A stretch of DNA of 64,000 nucleotides from NCBI GenBank assembly GCA_018970765.1, contig JAGWVT010000006.1, positions 1,933-65,932 of the forward strand, given 5' to 3'. The position numbers and the translations under genes are program-made. Each line of letters starts with the position of its first letter. Positions within the stretch are counted from its first letter, which is position 1. Source of the DNA: Actinomycetales bacterium (GTDB lineage: Bacteria; Actinomycetota; Actinomycetes; S36-B12). Of the stretch, positions 1 through 7,676 are shown piece by piece. Below the pieces are notes generated by a model. That model was not told the DNA's origin, did not search any database, and saw only the letters and a list, made by a program, of their open reading frames with translations.

Positions 1-84
1 ACTCAACAGGTCATCGAAGGACCAGTGGAGGTAGTAGGCCAGGAATCCGATCTCCTCCCAGAGGCGATCGGCCCCGACCGTCAC
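1..84 (-). CDS. small ORF translationally coupled to the chaperone-like gene; its 3' part lies beyond the left edge, so the CIS operon continues
   Basis: GTG at 84-82 overlaps the TGA at 83-81 of the upstream gene (GTGA). The frame stays open to position 1 and reads VTVGADRLWEEIGFLAYYLHWSFDDLLS. It is missing from the ORF track only because the window cuts it. No family name asserted. Confidence 0.35.
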   Translation of the reverse strand, partial: MTVGADRLWEEIGFLAYYLHWSFDDLLS

Positions 85-476
85 AATTCCCCCGGGGCAC
101 CACCTGCCACGTCGACCGTGAAGTCGCTATTACAGGAGGGACAGGTCACCTCGACCAGCGTGTGTCCTTCGGTGTTGATTCGTCGGTATAGGTCCTGTAG
201 GAAAGCCAGGTCGGTCGCCCACAGCCCACCGATGACTTGATCGTCGATGACAGGCAGGGATCCGAGCCTTGTGACGACCCGCGCCAAGAGCACGAGCGAC
301 AGGAATGCCTCATTTTGACGGACCTTCGGGTCCAGCAGCGGCATGAGTTCGTCACGGGCGGTTGCCAACCGCATCGTGCCCTCACGGTGCACGGTACCGC
401 TCTGATCGACATAGCCACGCGGCAGGACAAAATCAAATGATGTCTGAAGGAACTCCTCAGCTGCGGCGGCGGACAC
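81..476 (-). CDS. tail-assembly-chaperone-like protein of the CIS/phage-tail-like operon
   Basis: 131 aa with a GTG start 4 nt after the tube stop. It sits directly after sheath and tube. The segment GTMRLATARDELMPLL resembles P2 gpE-type chaperones, and the C-terminus carries a single CPSC knuckle. Assignment by eye and gene position only. Confidence 0.5.
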   Translation of the reverse strand: MSAAAAEEFLQTSFDFVLPRGYVDQSGTVHREGTMRLATARDELMPLLDPKVRQNEAFLSLVLLARVVTRLGSLPVIDDQVIGGLWATDLAFLQDLYRRINTEGHTLVEVTCPSCNSDFTVDVAGGAPGEL

Positions 477-480
477 GGGT

Positions 481-924
481 TTAGCTCGGCGTCATATCAG
501 TGAAGGTCATGGTGATGACCATGTTGATTGCCGTCGGCTCACCCGCCTTCACGTCTCCATAACTGACGTTCGTCACCATGATGTTGGTGAAAGTCATGGT
601 AAGCACGGTTGTTCCCGTGGTGTCCTTGTAGACCAGGGTGCCGGTCTTGCGAGCCCCTTTGAAATCACCATTGATGCCTTGCAGGAGCCATTGCGAAACG
701 TTCTTGTCGCCAGTATTCAAGACTGTCAACGTTAAGGTCCCGCTCTGCGTTGGCCCGAGCATCTGCTGCAGCACGTAGGTGCCGTCTGGTGTCATGGAAC
801 GTGTCTCGATTGTCGAGGTGCCTTTCGTAATGTTGTTCACCTCAACGACGTTCGGGATCACCTGACCGTCTATCGAGAACTCAAATGAATACGCGGTAAG
901 CGCATCACCACCGGTGAGAGACAT
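481..924 (-). CDS. contractile tail tube protein (T4 gp19-like phage tail protein family)
   Basis: ATG at 924 is preceded by AGGAG with a 9-nt spacer (the ORF-track start at 930 is a GTG too close to the SD). 147 aa, beta-rich, MSLTGGDALTAYSFEFSIDGQVIPNVVEVNNI..., 27 nt downstream of the sheath gene. Confidence 0.85.
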   Translation of the reverse strand: MSLTGGDALTAYSFEFSIDGQVIPNVVEVNNITKGTSTIETRSMTPDGTYVLQQMLGPTQSGTLTLTVLNTGDKNVSQWLLQGINGDFKGARKTGTLVYKDTTGTTVLTMTFTNIMVTNVSYGDVKAGEPTAINMVITMTFTDMTPS

Positions 925-951
925 TCCCACTTACTCCTATCGATAGATGGA

Positions 952-2505
952 CTAGTCGCTGATCGATGCTCCGCCAGAGAACTGGGCGAGTCGGAAGATG
1001 ACGAACTCGGCGGGCTTGACTGGCGCAACACCGATCTCCACGATCACCATGCCGGCATCGATGCTTTCCGCCGTGTTGTTCTCTCCGTCGCACTTCACAA
1101 AAAAGGCTTGCTCCGGCTTGCTACCGAACAGAGCTCCGCTGCGCCATTCGTTGACCAAGAAGGCCGTGATGGTACGACGGATGCGACCCCACAGGCGTTC
1201 GTCGTTCGGTTCAAATACGCACCACTGGGTGCCTTGGAGGATCGACTCCTCGAGGTAGTTGAAGTACCGGCGAACGTTGACGTAGCGCCACTCGGCGTCC
1301 GATGACAAGGTTCGGGCGCCCCATACTCGAATGCCGCGGCCAGGGAAAGCCTTGATGGAATTCACACCCTCTGGGTTCAGCAGGTCCATCTCGCCGCGGG
1401 TGACCGCCGACTCAAGGCCCACCGCTCCCTGGATGACCTCATTGGCAGGTGCCTTGAACACGCCTCGGGTGTCATCGGATCGACTCCAGAGCCCGGCAAT
1501 GTGCCCGCTCGGCGGGAAATCGATGTTGTGACCTACCGACGCGTCAAAGACGGTCAGCCAGGGCCAGTACAGCACTGCGAATTTCGAGTCGTACCCGGCG
1601 CCCGTCATACGCCAGTCGGATACCTCTTGTGCGTTGAGGCCAGCCGGCGGATCGATGATGGCCATTCGATTACCCATCAATTCACAGTGCCCGATGAGTG
1701 CGGTCTGCACTGCTTTCACACCGTCGAGATCAATGAGTCCCTGTCGATGGGCCATGACGAGGTCCGGAGCCAGCACCATGGTGATCTCCTCCAGCGTCTC
1801 AAACGCGGAGAACCCGGTGCGTTGGGCGGAGTCACCGACAAGCGCGGCGGCGTCCACCGTGGGAACGGGGAGATTGTCCGCTGGCGCCACAACTGCGAGG
1901 GGGTAGGAATTTGCGGCCAGCCCAGCGGTAAGGGCATCAGCGGGCGCATCGAGCGTTTCAATGCGCACCAAGCGAGAACGTGAATTGACCTGAGTTGCCA
2001 CGTTGGTCCGACCCGGGCCGGCAGTCAGACCGTGGTAGGTCTCCGCAACGTCGTCACCCTTCTTCACCGTGAGGTCGAACGTGCCCGCCGGGGGACTGTC
2101 GCCTTCGGGAGCAGTGATGACCACGGAAAGGTCCGCGACGTTGGCATCAAGGGCACGCACCTCGAACGCCGCCACAGCCTTGTCACCGCCGGTGTTGAGC
2201 TGCGCGACCGGAAGAGTTGGAGGTGGCGTTGAGCCGTCTCCCGTGAAGGGAATGCGCACGATGTATGCGCGACCGCCGCCGTTATTGAAGAAGCCATAGA
2301 CGGCCTTACCCAAGGCAAAGTCTTCGACCGGTTCACCAAACGTCGAGACGTACTGCCCCCAGTTCGTAACCAGGATGGGCGAATTGATCGGACCGATGGG
2401 TGCAAAGCCAACGAATCCAGCAATGGCCGTACCAACCCCAGCGATAGGCCGTGTCGCAGCCGGGACTTCCTCGACGTAGACACCGGGGGAGAGATAGGTG
2501 GGCAT
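952..2505 (-). CDS. contractile tail sheath protein
   Basis: Internal ATG at 2505 (Met33 of ORF 952..2601) is preceded by GGAAGGA. The N-terminus MPTYLSPGVYVEEVPAATRPIAGVGT and the C-terminal GIRVWGARTLS...WRYVNVRRYFNYLEESI are hallmark sheath (gp18/Afp2-like) signatures. 517 aa. Confidence 0.9.
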   Translation of the reverse strand: MPTYLSPGVYVEEVPAATRPIAGVGTAIAGFVGFAPIGPINSPILVTNWGQYVSTFGEPVEDFALGKAVYGFFNNGGGRAYIVRIPFTGDGSTPPPTLPVAQLNTGGDKAVAAFEVRALDANVADLSVVITAPEGDSPPAGTFDLTVKKGDDVAETYHGLTAGPGRTNVATQVNSRSRLVRIETLDAPADALTAGLAANSYPLAVVAPADNLPVPTVDAAALVGDSAQRTGFSAFETLEEITMVLAPDLVMAHRQGLIDLDGVKAVQTALIGHCELMGNRMAIIDPPAGLNAQEVSDWRMTGAGYDSKFAVLYWPWLTVFDASVGHNIDFPPSGHIAGLWSRSDDTRGVFKAPANEVIQGAVGLESAVTRGEMDLLNPEGVNSIKAFPGRGIRVWGARTLSSDAEWRYVNVRRYFNYLEESILQGTQWCVFEPNDERLWGRIRRTITAFLVNEWRSGALFGSKPEQAFFVKCDGENNTAESIDAGMVIVEIGVAPVKPAEFVIFRLAQFSGGASISD

Positions 2506-2563
2506 GTGGTTCCTTCCCGTCAGGACGCTCTTTGCATCCAAGCATCGGACCGCGCGAAAGTGC

Positions 2564-2625
2564 TGTTGTGACCCCGTGAGTTCCAGCGTGTCGCGGCGCA
2601 AAATGGGCGTGTTGTGATACCCGTG
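2564..2625. promoter_or_regulatory. pair of 15/16-nt direct repeats in the sheath / DUF4280 divergent control region
   Basis: TGTTGTGACCCCGTG (2564-2578) and TGTTGTGATACCCGTG (2610-2625), with starts 46 bp apart, lie inside the 228-bp non-coding gap. Confidence 0.4.
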
Positions 2626-2733
2626 TTATTGACGCGATGAAAGCCCACTTGTGGTGATTACGGGACCAAAGTGATTTGACTCCAACCTGCGCCGCGAACG
2701 ACCGACCGCTGACATGCGACTTAGACTCGTAAA

Positions 2734-3123
2734 GTGCCAGGGCCCGTTGCGGTACTCGGAACCCCAATGCTCTGCGACATGGGTTTTGCGCCCTCAGCGC
2801 TCATCGTTGAACCCATGGGCGTGTTTGCCAATGACCTTCCGGTCGGGACCATTTTCGACATCATCCCGCTGGTCAACATTCCACCGTTCGTCCTGTGCCG
2901 TTCTTTCCTCAACCCCGAGGTGATTGCGTTAACCGCTGCGGCGCTAGGAGTCCCAACACCGGCCCCGTGCATCCCCATCGTCGTCGACCCGTGGCTGCCG
3001 CCAGGGAATGTGCTCGTGGACGGCATGCCCGTGCTGACGGAAGGTTCCGTGTGCCAGTGCCTCTGGGGCGGCACGATTGAACTGATCGGTCCATCTCCAG
3101 CCGAGAACGTCGAGGCGATCTAG
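2734..3123 (+). CDS. DUF4280 (PAAR-like) domain protein
   Basis: GTG start at 2734, 129 aa. It is a small Gly/Pro/Cys-rich beta protein (VLGTPMLCDMGFAPSAL ... GSVCQCLWGGTIEL), typical of DUF4280. It is divergent from the sheath gene, and its stop shares the palindrome CTAG (3120-3123) with the convergent gene. Confidence 0.7.
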   Translation: MPGPVAVLGTPMLCDMGFAPSALIVEPMGVFANDLPVGTIFDIIPLVNIPPFVLCRSFLNPEVIALTAAALGVPTPAPCIPIVVDPWLPPGNVLVDGMPVLTEGSVCQCLWGGTIELIGPSPAENVEAI

Positions 3124-3845
3124 CCGGTTAAGAGGTGAGCGAGCGGGTCTGGCTGGATAGGCAGGGGACCTTGAATGGGATTGCTGAGAATCCAGACGGT
3201 GTGAAGGGCAATGACGATGAGCGCGGCCATGCTGATCAGCGTGATGAGGCGCAAGGTGCGCGACCCGAACTGCAGCAATGTGCCCAGGCTAAGCACAATT
3301 GCAGCACCCATGATGAGCATGATCCAGATGAACGGTGGAGCTTCCCGCGTCACCACCTCGCGTTCAATGCGCGCCCGCTCAAGATCGGATAAGGCGTCGA
3401 GGAGGGCAGCTTTGGCATTCAGGAATGCCCCGCCATCCTCCGACTGAAGATCCATCACTTGCTGATAGACCAGATTTAAGTGTCGAGTGCCCTCGGCGGT
3501 CGCCGCTGGACTGCCGAGGTCGTTCCATGATCCGACGTCTGCTTTTAGGTAAGACTCCAGACTCGCGATGACTCCTGCGCCCGATTCGTTCGGCAGAGCT
3601 GCCGAGATCCGTGCAATGGTCGTTGCAGCTGCTGCCTCGCTGCGGAGCGCATCCACAGAATCGTCATACGACTGTTGGGCAAAGAGAATCGCGAAGCCCA
3701 GCAGCACCGCGTACGTGGTGAAAGCCGCCGTGATTTTGATGCCGAGGCGTTCGTCATCGTCGTGCGGACTGCGTGACTGCCAGCGCTCCATCAGAAGTGC
3801 GACCACAACCACCAGACCAATGACGACGACCAGAGTTAGGCCCAT
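3120..3845 (-). CDS. DUF4239 (bestrophin-like) membrane protein
   Basis: ATG at 3845 gives MGLTLVVVIGLVVVVALL (TM1); an alternative TTG at 3902 overlaps the upstream stop. A soluble helical middle part is followed by two C-terminal TMs ending ...LSNPIQGPLPIQPDP, the usual DUF4239 layout. Confidence 0.6.
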   Translation of the reverse strand: MGLTLVVVIGLVVVVALLMERWQSRSPHDDDERLGIKITAAFTTYAVLLGFAILFAQQSYDDSVDALRSEAAAATTIARISAALPNESGAGVIASLESYLKADVGSWNDLGSPAATAEGTRHLNLVYQQVMDLQSEDGGAFLNAKAALLDALSDLERARIEREVVTREAPPFIWIMLIMGAAIVLSLGTLLQFGSRTLRLITLISMAALIVIALHTVWILSNPIQGPLPIQPDPLAHLLTG

Positions 3846-3898
3846 TCGCAGCCATACTGTCGCGTTCAAGGGGCCTCCACTGTTAAGGCTGCTAGCGG

Positions 3899-5212
3899 TC
3901 AACTCCGGGTAGCAGGCTGAAGGATCTCACGGTAGGCGTCCGAGAGCGGTTGGACGGTATCCAGGATTGGGCCCTGCCAGCGCAACCGCAGCTGATCCTG
4001 GCAGGCAGTCGTGCTCTCGCCGGCACAGGACCGCAGATCTTCGACGTAGCCCACCCGTGCTGCAACAAAGGCATCGAAAGCTTGCTGGAAGCGACCATAG
4101 GACTGCTGCTCCGCGGGGGATGCATTGGCCAGTGCCGCGTCGAGTGTCCTTTTGGCGGCGACCAGGCTCAACAGCGCCGCCTCGGCGGCGGGTGAGTCCG
4201 CCAGCGGATCGGATCCGGTGGCGTTGCCGTAGTCCAGGAGTGCGCGTTCCACCTGCGGAAGGGCAGCCCCTAAATTCGCATACCCCGTTGGTGTTGCACT
4301 CGACATCGGTGCCGGAGTGACAGTGGTCTCTAGGGTCGTGGTTCTCAACAGCCCAAGAGAGCCTTCCCAGGCCAGTAAGACACCTGCGAATGCGAGCAGG
4401 ACAACTGGAGCCAGACGACTCCAACCTCTGCGCGGTCGCGGTTGTAAGGCGCCTGTCCAACTCAAGCCGTTCCACCAACGCTGCTGAGATTGGGCAAGTG
4501 GGTCGGGGCGCCAGCCTGGTAAGTGATCACTGGGTGGCACGCTCAGCAGGTCTCGATCCTTCGCTCGCCTCCACGATTGTCGAATCAGGGCGATCGGCAG
4601 AACGATTACGACCCAGATAAGCGCGCTGACCAAAGTAGTGATGAGCGCTGCCAGACCCCAGTCGGGCAGATCAAGTCTTGCTACGAACGGCTCGACTATC
4701 CATGAACGGCCCAAGACGCGGATGAGCAATATTGGGGCACCCGCACTCACCAGAGCGCTGAGTATCAGGCCGGTCCACACCAGGCCGTCTCGATGAAGTG
4801 GCCGTTCGAACAGGAGGCGCTGGGGCTGGCCGGTGACCGTTGGTGGCAGAAGGACCATGTCGCGGGCGATGGCCAGCGGTGTCGTCAACGCGGCGGAGGG
4901 GGCTGGCACACCTCCCTGTTGGCCGATTCCTTGGAGACAGACATTGTGAAGGAGACGTTGCGCCTGGCGAACACTCACGACCGCAGGTAGTTGGAGAGTC
5001 GTCTCAGAGGAGCGTCCGTCGGATGAGTCCGGACCCGCGACTACCGTCAGTTTCGCGTACTCACTATTGCCCGCCACGGTGACCCGCAGTCCACGATCCT
5101 TGCCAAGTCGCGTGAGGCTCGTTCGCAAGGCTGATTCCAGCGCGGGATCAATCGCAACAACATCTCCGGTATGCAGTGCCGTGTCGTTGCAATACGGGCA
5201 TGTCGTGCCCAT
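3899..5212 (-). CDS. uncharacterised multi-domain membrane protein (CPYC knuckle, 3 TM, DUF2510-like motif)
   Basis: ATG at 5212, 437 aa. The N-terminal MGTTCPYCND is followed by about 150 soluble residues. TMs: LVWTGLILSALVSAGAPILLI and WGLAALITTLVSALIWVVIVLPIALI. Then the motif GWRPDPLAQSQQRWWNGLSWTG (DUF2510-like), a third TM and an Ala-rich C-terminal domain of about 135 aa. Confidence 0.6.
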   Translation of the reverse strand: MGTTCPYCNDTALHTGDVVAIDPALESALRTSLTRLGKDRGLRVTVAGNSEYAKLTVVAGPDSSDGRSSETTLQLPAVVSVRQAQRLLHNVCLQGIGQQGGVPAPSAALTTPLAIARDMVLLPPTVTGQPQRLLFERPLHRDGLVWTGLILSALVSAGAPILLIRVLGRSWIVEPFVARLDLPDWGLAALITTLVSALIWVVIVLPIALIRQSWRRAKDRDLLSVPPSDHLPGWRPDPLAQSQQRWWNGLSWTGALQPRPRRGWSRLAPVVLLAFAGVLLAWEGSLGLLRTTTLETTVTPAPMSSATPTGYANLGAALPQVERALLDYGNATGSDPLADSPAAEAALLSLVAAKRTLDAALANASPAEQQSYGRFQQAFDAFVAARVGYVEDLRSCAGESTTACQDQLRLRWQGPILDTVQPLSDAYREILQPATRS

Positions 5213-5220
5213 GAGAACCC

Positions 5221-5511
5221 TTACGCGACCAGGTAGAACACTCCGGCCACGATGAGACAGAGCAAGGCGAGCCAGAGCATGAGTAGGCCGATGGCCATAA
5301 TCCTTAAGGGGGCGCGCACATCGCTATCTGCATACCGCCAGGTGTGCTTAGCGACCACGCGCAGTGGTGTTGCCTCACTTGCCGCATTTCCGGCAGGGTC
5401 CCGCTGGCTCCAGTACCCGCGTTCACCGCGTTGCCCAACCTTGGCGAACAGGCCGCCGAATATGGCAAGGACGATCCCAAAGGTCAAGAACACGAGCGAA
5501 GTGACCGGCAC
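5221..5511 (-). CDS. small two-TM membrane protein (start uncertain)
   Basis: Only the C-terminal 96 codons of ORF 5221..5715 look protein-like (VPVTSLVFLTFGIVLAIFGGLF ... IMAIGLLMLWLALLCLIVAGVFYLVA). A GTG lies at 5511 but there is no clear SD. The upstream part overlaps the reductase gene and is Arg/Pro/Ser noise. The ORF ends 8 nt before the 437-aa gene. Confidence 0.35.
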   Translation of the reverse strand: MPVTSLVFLTFGIVLAIFGGLFAKVGQRGERGYWSQRDPAGNAASEATPLRVVAKHTWRYADSDVRAPLRIMAIGLLMLWLALLCLIVAGVFYLVA

Positions 5512-5567
5512 GAAGCAGCAGACTAGTACGTGCAGACTTAGGCGGTGCGCTCCCGGGGAGGTTTTGC

Positions 5568-6254
5568 ATGACGGGCTTGACCGTCGATGACGTACAGGCA
5601 CTGCTAGGGAGTTACCGCTGGCCGCAGGTCGTGCCTGACCGCGGCTGGCTCCGGGCAAACATGGTGATGTCCCTGGACGGTGTGGTGGTAGACGCAAACG
5701 GTCGATCTGGCTCACTTTCCACCGAACCGGATCGACTGCTCTTCAACGGCCTGCGCCGTGACTGCGACGTGGTCTTAGTGGGAGCCGGCACTGTGCGAGC
5801 CGAGCGCTACCAGCCCGCCCGTTGGCCTGTTGCGCTCGTTACCAATGCTGGCAACCTGCCCGAGGACCTACCTTTGCTGGATCCGGCAGGTGGCCCCGTG
5901 ATGGTCTTCACGAGTCAACGTGGCGCGCAAGCTATTGAACCGTCTGTTCAAAAGCGGTGTGAAGTCATTGCATGCGGAGTTGATCAGGTCGACCTAGCAA
6001 CGTGCCTGCAGTGGCTCACAGGGGCGGGGTTCCACAGAATCCATTGCGAGGGTGGCACACGACTTTTGTCTGGCTTGATCGCTGACGACCTAGTGGATGA
6101 ACTACTGGTCACCGTGTCACCCCAATTGCTCGGTGGCCCGTCAGACGTGCACCTAGTGGACGTTCCCGCAGTGCTCAACCCAGTGCGAGTAGGACGCTTC
6201 GAGCAGGTGATCACCGTGGACGAAACCGTGTTCTTGCGCGCCATGCTCCACTAG
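5568..6254 (+). CDS. RibD C-terminal domain reductase (dihydrofolate-reductase-like pyrimidine reductase family)
   Basis: ATG at 5568 is preceded by GGGGAGG. The segment ANMVMSLDGVVVDANGRSGSLSTEPDRLLFNGLRRDCDVVLVGAGTVRAERY matches the RibD_C pattern. Confidence 0.75.
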   Translation: MTGLTVDDVQALLGSYRWPQVVPDRGWLRANMVMSLDGVVVDANGRSGSLSTEPDRLLFNGLRRDCDVVLVGAGTVRAERYQPARWPVALVTNAGNLPEDLPLLDPAGGPVMVFTSQRGAQAIEPSVQKRCEVIACGVDQVDLATCLQWLTGAGFHRIHCEGGTRLLSGLIADDLVDELLVTVSPQLLGGPSDVHLVDVPAVLNPVRVGRFEQVITVDETVFLRAMLH

Positions 6255-6271
6255 GGCGATGCCCCTAGGAA

Positions 6272-7675
6272 GTGCAGAAGTCTCGAGACATCCAATAGCT
6301 ATGTCTCGAGACTTCACAAACGTGGGCGATACAGTGCCTTGTTCGAGGACATATTTATCGGGTGTCTCGGGACATGCTTATCGCCTGAGTGGGTGGGTCG
6401 GCCAGCGTTCGGGCCATGTCGAAGCAGCGGGTCATCGTCGAAGCGGTCCTGTCAGGGAAGTCCCAGCGTGAGGTCGCCAGGCTCTACGGGGTGTCCCAGC
6501 CCCGGGTGAGCCAGCTCGTGGCCGCCTGGCGGGCCGGTGGCTGGCACGCGCTGGAACCGAAATCCACCCGACCCCACACCAGCCCCACGTCGATCTCCCC
6601 GCAGATGGTCGCGGCGATCTGCGACCTGCGCCGACGACTCACCGCCGACGGCCTGGACGCCGGCCCGAACACCATCGCCGCCCTGCTCACCGCACAGGGC
6701 CTGACCCCGCCGGCCGCGTCGACGATCTGGAAGACCCTCACCACTGCCGGCCTGATCACACCCCAGCCCCGCAAGCGACCCAAATCCGCATCCATCCGAT
6801 TCCAGGCCGACCTGCCCAACGAATGCTGGCAGTCCGACTTCACCCACTGGCCCCTCGCCGACGGCACCGACACCGAGATCCTCATCTGGCTCGACGACCA
6901 CGCCCGCTACCTGCTGTCCATGACCACCCACACACCCGTCACCGGCCGCGTCGTGGTGAACACCTTCCGTGCCGCATGCGCCCTCCACGGCACCCCCCAA
7001 TCCACGTTGACCGACAACGGATTCGTGTTCACCACCCGGCACCGCGGCGGCGTCAACGCCTTCGAAGTCGAACTGCTGAACCTCGGCATCACCCAGAAGA
7101 ACGGCAGCCCCAACCACCCCCAGACACAAGGAAAAGTCGAACGCCTGAACCAGACCCTGAAGAAATGGCTGCGCGCCCGACCCCACGCCACCACCCTGAC
7201 CGAACTACAAGCCCAACTCGACGAATTCACCGACCACTACAACAACGCACGCCCCCACCAATCACTCAACGACCGCACACCCGCCGCTGTCTATGCCGCA
7301 CGAGCCAAAGCCACCCCAGAACACAACCGAAACGGCCACTTCCGCATCCGCGACGACACCGTCTACGCCAACGGACAAGTCACCTTGCGTCGATCAGGCC
7401 GCATGCACCACATCGGACTCGGCGCCGAACACGCCGGCACCAAAGTCCGCATGCTCATCCACAACCTGCACGTCATCATCATCGACCGCGAAACCGGCGA
7501 GATCCTCCGCGAACTGCACATCGACCCCGACAAAGACAGCCAACCCCGCGGCCTCAAACCCGGACCCAAGAAAGGAACACCCCGCAAAGGCGGCATGGCC
7601 AAGGGCTACCGCTACACACCCCAGAAATAAGGAAGTCTCGAGACATCCGATAAGGATGTCTCGAGACTTCACAAA
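6272..7675 (+). mobile_element. IS481-family insertion sequence (boundaries approximate)
   Basis: A single DDE transposase gene is flanked by the same 39-bp hairpin module: GAAGTCTCGAGACAT, a 9-nt loop, ATGTCTCGAGACTTC. The copies lie at 6277-6315 and 7632-7670, each followed by ACAAA. The outermost arms form an inverted pair. Confidence 0.75.
6416..7630 (+). CDS. IS481-family transposase (HTH plus rve/DDE integrase core)
   Basis: ATG at 6416. N-terminal HTH: MSKQRVIVEAVLSGKSQREVARLYGVSQPRVSQLV. DDE region: WQSDFTHW, WLDDHARYLL, NHPQTQGKVERLNQTLK. Confidence 0.9.
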   Translation: MSKQRVIVEAVLSGKSQREVARLYGVSQPRVSQLVAAWRAGGWHALEPKSTRPHTSPTSISPQMVAAICDLRRRLTADGLDAGPNTIAALLTAQGLTPPAASTIWKTLTTAGLITPQPRKRPKSASIRFQADLPNECWQSDFTHWPLADGTDTEILIWLDDHARYLLSMTTHTPVTGRVVVNTFRAACALHGTPQSTLTDNGFVFTTRHRGGVNAFEVELLNLGITQKNGSPNHPQTQGKVERLNQTLKKWLRARPHATTLTELQAQLDEFTDHYNNARPHQSLNDRTPAAVYAARAKATPEHNRNGHFRIRDDTVYANGQVTLRRSGRMHHIGLGAEHAGTKVRMLIHNLHVIIIDRETGEILRELHIDPDKDSQPRGLKPGPKKGTPRKGGMAKGYRYTPQK

Positions 7676-7676
7676 G

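Noticed and set aside
481-2505. Low GC content of the tube and sheath genes as proof of horizontal acquisition
   Set aside because: Hand counts on a few 60-nt lines gave about 51% for the tube, about 58% for the sheath, about 56% for secA and about 75% for the UPF0182 3' end. The scatter among core genes is as large as the difference, so no compositional claim is made without a proper sliding-window calculation.
2506-2601. N-terminal extension of the sheath ORF (track start at 2601), and similarly the 5512..5715 extension of the small membrane ORF
   Set aside because: The sheath family N-terminus MPTYLSPGVYVEE begins at the internal ATG 2505, which has a good SD. The 5512..5715 extension is Arg/Pro/Ser-rich and overlaps the reductase gene on the other strand.
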